Made by a program: the position numbers and the translations under genes
DNA from: a virus
Direction: 5' to 3' (one strand)
IMG/VR virus record: IMGVR_UViG_3300010151_000008
Coordinates: 28,747 to 92,746 of that record
Length of the DNA: 64,000 bases
The notes under the pieces: generated by a model
What the model was told of the DNA's origin: nothing
Database searches by the model: none
What the model saw: only the letters and a program-made list of their open reading frames with translations
In this document: piece by piece, positions 58,136 through 64,000 of the stretch
Position numbering within the stretch: position 1 is the first letter of the stretch
How the letters are laid out: every line of letters begins with the position of its first letter

Positions 58136-59158
58136 ATGTCTTCATTATTGGAACAGGCCATTGTAGATGCGACCGCACTAAAAGAGGCCGCATTAAAAAA
58201 TGCCGAAAACGCAGTTTTAGAGAAGTATTCTCTAGAAGTAAAAACTGCCTTAGACACCCTCTTGGAGCAAGATGAAGCTCCTGCGGTGGATTCTTCTTTT
58301 TTGGATGAAGTGCCACTCGCCCATGAGGATGTGGACATAGAAGGGCTCGAAGATGATGAAACCATTGAAATTGACTTTGATGACCTCCGAGCGCGCCTGC
58401 ACGCCGAAGAAGAGGCTGGCGTTGAGCCAGAGGCCGACGAGCTTATGAGTTCGGAAGAAACGGCCGAAGAGATCTTTGGGGCCGGCGAAGAAGACCTAGG
58501 CGCAGAGGCTCCCGAAGATGACCTAGATATGGATATGGGAGGCCTAGCTGAAGAAATAGAAATTTCTGATGAGCTAGTAGATGCCCTCGCAGAAGAATTA
58601 ACGGTTGATGTGGCTGCCCGCCTTGGAGGCTGGGCCCCCGTTGCTAGCGGTGAAACGTCAGAACATGTTGCGGAGATGGAAGCAGAAGAAGAAGCTGCAG
58701 CCGCCCAATCACAAGAAGTTACTGACGAGCAAGAAAAATATAGATCCGCAGAACTTTATGAAGCACTAAAAGAACATAAAAATGAAATTAAAGATTTACG
58801 GTCTTTGCTCGGTGAAGCAAAGACTCAATTGAATATTTTGATTTTGGAGAACGCCAAACTCCTTTATCAGAATAAGGCTTTGAATAGCACCTCCTTGAAT
58901 GAGCGACAACGCGAAAGAATTGTCGAGGCTGTTCGAAATGCCAGTTCGGTAGAAGAAGCAAAGGTCTTGTTTGAGACTCTTCAAAGCGCAGTGGGTGAAC
59001 GTAAAGTTCGCCGCTCAGAATCACTTCGCGAAGTAGTAAGCAAGCCTACCGCCTCAATGTTATTATCATCGAATGATTACAAGAGCGGACCGTCTTCTAC
59101 AGCAGTCGATCCTACCATGGATCGAATGTTACGTTTGGCAGGTTTGAAACAACAATAA
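58136..59158 (+). CDS. Prohead scaffolding/core protein
   Basis: Very acidic; AIVDA..LKEAA, coiled coil NAKLLYQN, terminal RMLRLAGL; directly before the MCP. Confidence 0.8.
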   Translation: MSSLLEQAIVDATALKEAALKNAENAVLEKYSLEVKTALDTLLEQDEAPAVDSSFLDEVPLAHEDVDIEGLEDDETIEIDFDDLRARLHAEEEAGVEPEADELMSSEETAEEIFGAGEEDLGAEAPEDDLDMDMGGLAEEIEISDELVDALAEELTVDVAARLGGWAPVASGETSEHVAEMEAEEEAAAAQSQEVTDEQEKYRSAELYEALKEHKNEIKDLRSLLGEAKTQLNILILENAKLLYQNKALNSTSLNERQRERIVEAVRNASSVEEAKVLFETLQSAVGERKVRRSESLREVVSKPTASMLLSSNDYKSGPSSTAVDPTMDRMLRLAGLKQQ

Positions 59159-59178
59159 TAAAGGAGGATTTTTAAAAA

Positions 59179-60993
59179 ATGTCTATTGTTCAGAAACTAA
59201 CTGAAGGCATCATTAATCGAGATCTCTCAAAAGAGGGCGCGGCTCTTATCTCTAAGTGGGAAAAGACCGGACTTCTAGAGGGCCTTGAAAGTGATCACCT
59301 TCGAAATGGAATGGCCTCTTTGCTTGAAAACCAGGCAAAAGAACTACTCCGTGAGTCATCCGCCATGTCGGCTGGTGACGTTGAGGGCTTTGCAGCTGTT
59401 GCATTCCCCCTCGTTCGCCGTGTATTCGGCAATCTAATCGCTAACGATCTCGTTAGCGTTCAGCCCATGAGCTTGCCTTCTGGTCTGATTTTCTTCCTAG
59501 ACTTCACGGTCTCGGATGAAATTGGTGCAGATAATATCGCGACAACTCGTTTGGGTTACCCCCCAAACACATCGTTCTATGGTGGAGGCGTTGTTGGTGC
59601 TGGTATCACTCAGGGTGTTAACCTCGATGGGGTTAACGCTGAGCGTGGTCCGTATGCACTTAACAACGGCTACTCGTCACCGACTGGTTCTAACACCGCC
59701 GCAGTCACAGCGTGGCCTGTTCTAGTTTCCGGCACCGCCGGCGACCACGATCAGCTACTTGCGGCTGACGGTGTTCAGACCTTGGGTACTTTGACTGGCT
59801 TTGATATGGATCTTATTTCTGGCACAACGACTGTTGCTGTCTTTGATATGCAAATTCAGAGCACGGTCGCGTCTCCCGGTGCTGACGGTGTTATCGGTGG
59901 TACGACCATTGCTGACTTCGGATTTAATTTCGATGATCTGACCGCGATTCAGGTGAATACCGCCGCCGGCTTCGGCGTGTGGAACTCCGGAACGTTGGCT
60001 CGGCGCCTGTGGCGCTTTAGTTCGGCGTCTTTGGCTGGGCCCATTAATGATCGCGCTGCGACCAACTTCTTGATGGTCGTGTGTTCATACGATGGTGCTT
60101 TCTCGGCTAACGACATTGTCGCTAGTGTTCAGGCAGAAGCGGCAACGTGGACGTGGCCGATGGTTGATAACTTCAACAACTCTGCAACGTCTCTCGGAGC
60201 CATTGCTGGCCACCCCGAGTGGGGACTGGAAGGTAATGAGAACATCCCGGAGATTGATATTCAGATTGATTCCGTGGCTGTTACTGCGGTCACCAAGAAG
60301 CTCAAGGCCAAATGGACTCCAGAGTTGGGACAGGATCTTAATGCCTATCACAACTTGGATGCCGAGGTCGAGCTTACTCAGATCCTATCAGAACAGATTG
60401 CTCTAGAGATTGACCGTGAAATTCTTAACGACCTCGTTAAGGGTTCTACGGCTGGTTTGCGATATTGGTCGCGTGCCCCAGGTACGTTCCTCAATCGTGA
60501 GCTTGGTACTCCTCTTAACATTGCCGCTGCTTTCACCGGTAATGTGAGCGAGTGGTATGAAACTCTGGTTGAGACTGTTAACGACGTTTCAGCTCAGATC
60601 CACCGGAAGACTCTCCGTGGTGGTGCCAACTTTATTGTCTGCGGACCTGAAGTTGCCAACATCCTAGAGTTCACCGCTGGCTTCCGAGCCAATGTCGCTG
60701 TTGATAGTGATCGAGGGACTGCCGGCGCTGTTAAGGTCGGTAACCTCTCTAAGAAGTGGGATATCTATGTTGATCCGTACTTCCTCCGAAACGTAGTTTT
60801 GGTTGGACGTCGGGGAGGTAGTTTCCTAGAGTCAGGATATGTGTACGCTCCGTACGTGCCGCTCCAGACGACTCCCACCATCTTTGGTGTCGAAGATTTC
60901 GTGCCCCGCAAGGGTGTCATGACTCGGTACGCCAAGCAGATGGTGCGTCCCGATATGTATGGGCTGGTTGTTATTGCTGATATGGAAGGCTAA
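59179..60993 (+). CDS. Major capsid protein (gp23-like)
   Basis: KWEKTGLLEG, LLENQ, PLVRRVF, VSVQPMSLPSGLIF, KLKAKWTPELGQDL, EIDREI, YAPYVPL, GVMTRY. Confidence 0.96.
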   Translation: MSIVQKLTEGIINRDLSKEGAALISKWEKTGLLEGLESDHLRNGMASLLENQAKELLRESSAMSAGDVEGFAAVAFPLVRRVFGNLIANDLVSVQPMSLPSGLIFFLDFTVSDEIGADNIATTRLGYPPNTSFYGGGVVGAGITQGVNLDGVNAERGPYALNNGYSSPTGSNTAAVTAWPVLVSGTAGDHDQLLAADGVQTLGTLTGFDMDLISGTTTVAVFDMQIQSTVASPGADGVIGGTTIADFGFNFDDLTAIQVNTAAGFGVWNSGTLARRLWRFSSASLAGPINDRAATNFLMVVCSYDGAFSANDIVASVQAEAATWTWPMVDNFNNSATSLGAIAGHPEWGLEGNENIPEIDIQIDSVAVTAVTKKLKAKWTPELGQDLNAYHNLDAEVELTQILSEQIALEIDREILNDLVKGSTAGLRYWSRAPGTFLNRELGTPLNIAAAFTGNVSEWYETLVETVNDVSAQIHRKTLRGGANFIVCGPEVANILEFTAGFRANVAVDSDRGTAGAVKVGNLSKKWDIYVDPYFLRNVVLVGRRGGSFLESGYVYAPYVPLQTTPTIFGVEDFVPRKGVMTRYAKQMVRPDMYGLVVIADMEG

Positions 60994-61022
60994 TAGCTAG
61001 ATCCTTATTTGGATAAATAAGT

Positions 61023-61060
61023 GAAAGCCCCGGCTCATTAGAGCCGGGGCTTTCTATTTA
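61023..61060 (+). terminator. Rho-independent terminator after the MCP
   Basis: Perfect 14-bp stem GAAAGCCCCGGCTC, loop ATTA, GAGCCGGGGCTTTC, then TATTTA. Confidence 0.9.
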
Positions 61061-61071
61061 TGATAGAACCA

Positions 61072-61078
61072 CTATTTA
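61072..61078 (+). promoter_or_regulatory. Putative late promoter motif CTATTTA
   Basis: Intergenic, upstream of gp13; a second copy at 61054-61060 overlaps the terminator. Confidence 0.6.
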
Positions 61079-61093
61079 CCTTGAGGATATTAT

Positions 61094-62359
61094 ATGGCGC
61101 TTCCAGTTTTAAGACCAAAGTCTACAACCAATAAAAACGTTTTGCCAGCGACGGGCTCTGAGTCTAATGTGGCTGCGACGTTGCCATTTGGGATATACGC
61201 CGCTGTTCCTCAGTTCCTATCTGGCGCGGCAGATCAGGTTGCCTATACATATAAAAAATTGGGCGGCGATGTTCTAGATATTGAATTGACACAGGGTAAT
61301 ATTTATGCAGCCTATGAAGAGGCGGTCCTAGAATACTCTTATATAGTTAACGTACACCAATCAAAGAATGCTCTGTCGAGCTTTTTGGGGCATACAACCG
61401 CCTCCTTTGACCAAGACGGCCAGATAGTAGCCGGCGATGGCCTGGCGGGCACGGAGATAGAACTTAAATATCCTAAATTTGATTATGGTTACATGAGGCG
61501 CCTCAGCGACCGTGCAATTACTGAAACGGCACTAGGGGGAACAGATAATATTTATTCCGGGTCGTTCCCGACTCATGCTGGTCAGCAAGATTATAATGTA
61601 CAAAGTATAATATCGGCATCCGCGGCCAACGACGCCTCGGTACCATATTTTGGAAGAGTTGGAAATAGAAAAATTATAATTCGGAGAGTCTATTATAAAA
61701 CCCCGAATGCGATGTGGCGTTTCTATGGCTATTACGGAGGATTTTCTGTAGTGGGGAACCTACGAACCTACGGGCAGTATGCTGATGATTCCACATTTGA
61801 TATTGTGCCCGTTTGGCAAAACAAACTTCAGGCCATGGCGTACGAAGATGCTCTTAATACTCGGGTTTCGCACTGGTCTTACGAAATCAAAAATAATAAT
61901 CTAAGAATATTTCCTCAACCAAATTCCACGTTCCCTGGCAGCCTTTGGTTTAATTTTACCATCCCTCGCGATCCATGGGAGGAATCAGAACCAGACCGCA
62001 CAACTGGCATAGAGGGTATCAACAATATGAATACGCTCCCATTCCAAAATATTGCGTACACTAGCATTAATTCAATTGGCAAGCAGTGGATTAGGCGGTT
62101 TTCTTTAGCTCTGGCAAAAGAAATGTTGGGCCAGGTCCGAGGTAAGTTTAATGTAGTGCCTATTCCGGGTGACAATGTGACCCTAAACCACGCAGATCTC
62201 CTGGGTCAAGCAAAAGCAGAGCAAGACGCTCTAAGGGAAGAACTCAGAACAACTTTTGATGAGCTTACATATGCCAAACTTGCAGAGGTGGACGCCGTAA
62301 TGGGAGATAATACTGAAAAAATGTTGGGCGATATTCCGACCGGCATATTTGTAGGGTAG
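61094..62359 (+). CDS. Neck protein (gp13-like)
   Basis: LGGDVLDIEL...EEAVLEY; WIRRFSLALAKEMLGQVRGKF...PGDNVTLN. Confidence 0.8.
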   Translation: MALPVLRPKSTTNKNVLPATGSESNVAATLPFGIYAAVPQFLSGAADQVAYTYKKLGGDVLDIELTQGNIYAAYEEAVLEYSYIVNVHQSKNALSSFLGHTTASFDQDGQIVAGDGLAGTEIELKYPKFDYGYMRRLSDRAITETALGGTDNIYSGSFPTHAGQQDYNVQSIISASAANDASVPYFGRVGNRKIIIRRVYYKTPNAMWRFYGYYGGFSVVGNLRTYGQYADDSTFDIVPVWQNKLQAMAYEDALNTRVSHWSYEIKNNNLRIFPQPNSTFPGSLWFNFTIPRDPWEESEPDRTTGIEGINNMNTLPFQNIAYTSINSIGKQWIRRFSLALAKEMLGQVRGKFNVVPIPGDNVTLNHADLLGQAKAEQDALREELRTTFDELTYAKLAEVDAVMGDNTEKMLGDIPTGIFVG

Positions 62360-62363
62360 ATAG

Positions 62364-62900
62364 ATGGGAAACCCAGATGACAAATGGACACAACCTGACG
62401 CTCCCCCTCCTCCCATGTTTTTTGGGAAAAAAGAGAGAGATCTGGTTAAGCAAGTCAACGATGAATTGGCCGAACGAGTTATTGGTCAAACGGTCCTCTA
62501 TTATCCCATAGATTTAGACACTACAAATTTTCATCCGTTGTACGGAGAGTCACTCCACAAGACATTCCTGCCACCTGTTCGTGTATACGCGTATGTGGTG
62601 GTTGAGAACGAGCAGAAGAACGATAAATATAGTTATGACTACCAAACAAAACTAACAATTAATTTTCATCGTAAGCGACTTACAGCAGATCAAAACTTGT
62701 ATGTACGAGTGGGAGATTTTGTTCAGTATGGTGACGAATTGTATGAAATAGTTCGCACATACAACGATACGAGATACTATTTTGGCCAAGTGGATCATAA
62801 ATTCCAGATCAGTGCTGAGTGTGTGCGCGCACGGAGAGGAACGTTCAGGGGCATTAACGATGGCGCCAACCAAAATGGTGCACCATCGGGACAGGTATAG
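62364..62900 (+). CDS. Head closure/neck protein (gp14-like)
   Basis: IGQTVLYY...LYGES...VGDFVQY..ELYEI; position after gp13. Confidence 0.7.
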   Translation: MGNPDDKWTQPDAPPPPMFFGKKERDLVKQVNDELAERVIGQTVLYYPIDLDTTNFHPLYGESLHKTFLPPVRVYAYVVVENEQKNDKYSYDYQTKLTINFHRKRLTADQNLYVRVGDFVQYGDELYEIVRTYNDTRYYFGQVDHKFQISAECVRARRGTFRGINDGANQNGAPSGQV

Positions 62901-62909
62901 GAGATTCAA

Positions 62910-63854
62910 GTGCCAGTTAAAAAAACACAAGACGAATTGCAAAACCAGACGGCCAATAGATTTAATTATGTGGGGTCTAAAAACGTACAGGAGAAATTAC
63001 ATGAAATTGTTTTTATGCCCTCCACCCTAGAGACGATTGATTTTGCTTTATATAATTTTGTTAATGATACAATGAATCTTTCTACCACCACTAACGAAGG
63101 ATTTAATAAGGTGCCGGTTATATGGGCTAGCGCTGAAAGATCTTTCCAAATTAAAAATCGAAAAAACATCCGCGATAGAGAAGAATCGCTGATTCTCCCA
63201 CTGATTACGGTGGAACGAAAGACTGTGGTAAAAGATCCACAAAAACGCGGCGTTCCATATGCTAACTTATATCCAGTGAACGATGAAAAAGGTGGAACGA
63301 TTACTATTTCTCGCCGCATAAATCAAAAAAAGACGGCCGAATTCCAAAACAACTTTGCGCGTAGGCGTTATGGCGTAGGCGGAGCTGTCAGATCGGGATT
63401 AGAGAGCACCAATAAAAGAAATATGTCTACGCAGAGAGTAGTATATGAAACAATTACCATTCCTCTCCCTACTTGGATTAATGTAACCTATGAAATTAGC
63501 CTAAGAACTGAATATCAACAGCAACTTAATGATCTTCTCCAGCCGTGGGTGACTGTTTCGGGGAATAGCACGACTCCTCCCAGGATTGAACATGATAATC
63601 ACAAATTTGAAGTGTTTTTGGAAGGAGACTACTCCAACGCGAGCAACGCTGGTAACATGGAGATGGCGCAAAGAAATTACGAGACAGTTATATCCGCTAG
63701 AGTATTAGGATATTTAATTGGCGAAGGGGACAACCAAGAGAGGCCGAAGCTTGTTCGAAGAGAAAACGCCGTTGAATTTAAATTCGCGCGCGAACATGTT
63801 ATTTTAGGTGATATTCCCGAAAATATTGATAGTAGAGGATTTTATAGAGAATAA
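62910..63854 (+). CDS. Tail terminator/sheath stabilizer (gp15-like)
   Basis: KVPVIWASAER, LPLITVER, P.WINVTYEISL...QQLNDL; directly before the sheath. Confidence 0.7.
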   Translation: MPVKKTQDELQNQTANRFNYVGSKNVQEKLHEIVFMPSTLETIDFALYNFVNDTMNLSTTTNEGFNKVPVIWASAERSFQIKNRKNIRDREESLILPLITVERKTVVKDPQKRGVPYANLYPVNDEKGGTITISRRINQKKTAEFQNNFARRRYGVGGAVRSGLESTNKRNMSTQRVVYETITIPLPTWINVTYEISLRTEYQQQLNDLLQPWVTVSGNSTTPPRIEHDNHKFEVFLEGDYSNASNAGNMEMAQRNYETVISARVLGYLIGEGDNQERPKLVRRENAVEFKFAREHVILGDIPENIDSRGFYRE

Positions 63855-63875
63855 TACTGTTAGGTCGCTCTCGTA

Positions 63876-63882
63876 CTATTTA
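63876..63882 (+). promoter_or_regulatory. Putative late promoter motif CTATTTA
   Basis: Intergenic, upstream of the sheath. Confidence 0.6.
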
Positions 63883-63935
63883 ATAATGAATAACATTAGG
63901 TTGTTGATCGAGATTTAAAGAGGAGATCTCCTAGT

Positions 63936-64000
63936 ATGTCAGTTAAGAAGTTTAGGTTTGTATCGCCTGGCGTATTTATTAATGAAATTGATAATTCGCA
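63936..64000 (+). CDS. Tail sheath protein (gp18-like), 5' end
   Basis: MSVKKFRFVSPGVFINEIDNS carries the SPGVxxxExD sheath N-terminal motif; AGGAG upstream. Confidence 0.85.
   Translation, partial: MSVKKFRFVSPGVFINEIDNS

Noticed and set aside
1060-63319. Numerous minus-strand and alternate-frame ORFs in the track (e.g. 9890-10558, 11806-12300, 53590-54069)
   Set aside because: All lie within longer + strand genes with coherent products and show no recognisable motifs; treated as shadow ORFs
1-64000. Stop-codon reassignment, as seen in some large phages
   Set aside because: Core genes are intact in the standard code, and TAA, TAG and TGA all end genes at plausible positions

Overview
The window is part of a large, T4-like (myovirus-type, probably jumbo) bacteriophage genome, and every credible gene is on the + strand. 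Gene order: gp55-like late sigma factor; three tandem paralogues sharing a gp5/VgrG OB-fold-like N-terminus but carrying different C-terminal enzymes (two phage tail lysozymes, one SGNH esterase); a separate HxH-tipped spike gene; a 2144-aa unknown protein; gp25 and gp6 baseplate wedge genes; giant LamG and other baseplate/fibre proteins; a RuvC, primase and fused SbcD-SbcC (Mre11-Rad50) block with embedded sigma70-type promoters; a putative holin/spanin-like trio; terminase, portal, prohead protease and internal-head-like proteins; ribosomal protein bS21; an accessory fibre/decoration block; scaffold, major capsid protein, neck gp13/gp14, tail terminator gp15; and the start of the tail sheath. 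A recurrent CTA(A/T)TTA motif precedes late genes. The most striking feature is the apparently split and triplicated gp5 cell-puncturing module, which could form a heterotrimeric multi-enzyme tip. All family calls come from motif recognition by eye, not database searches.
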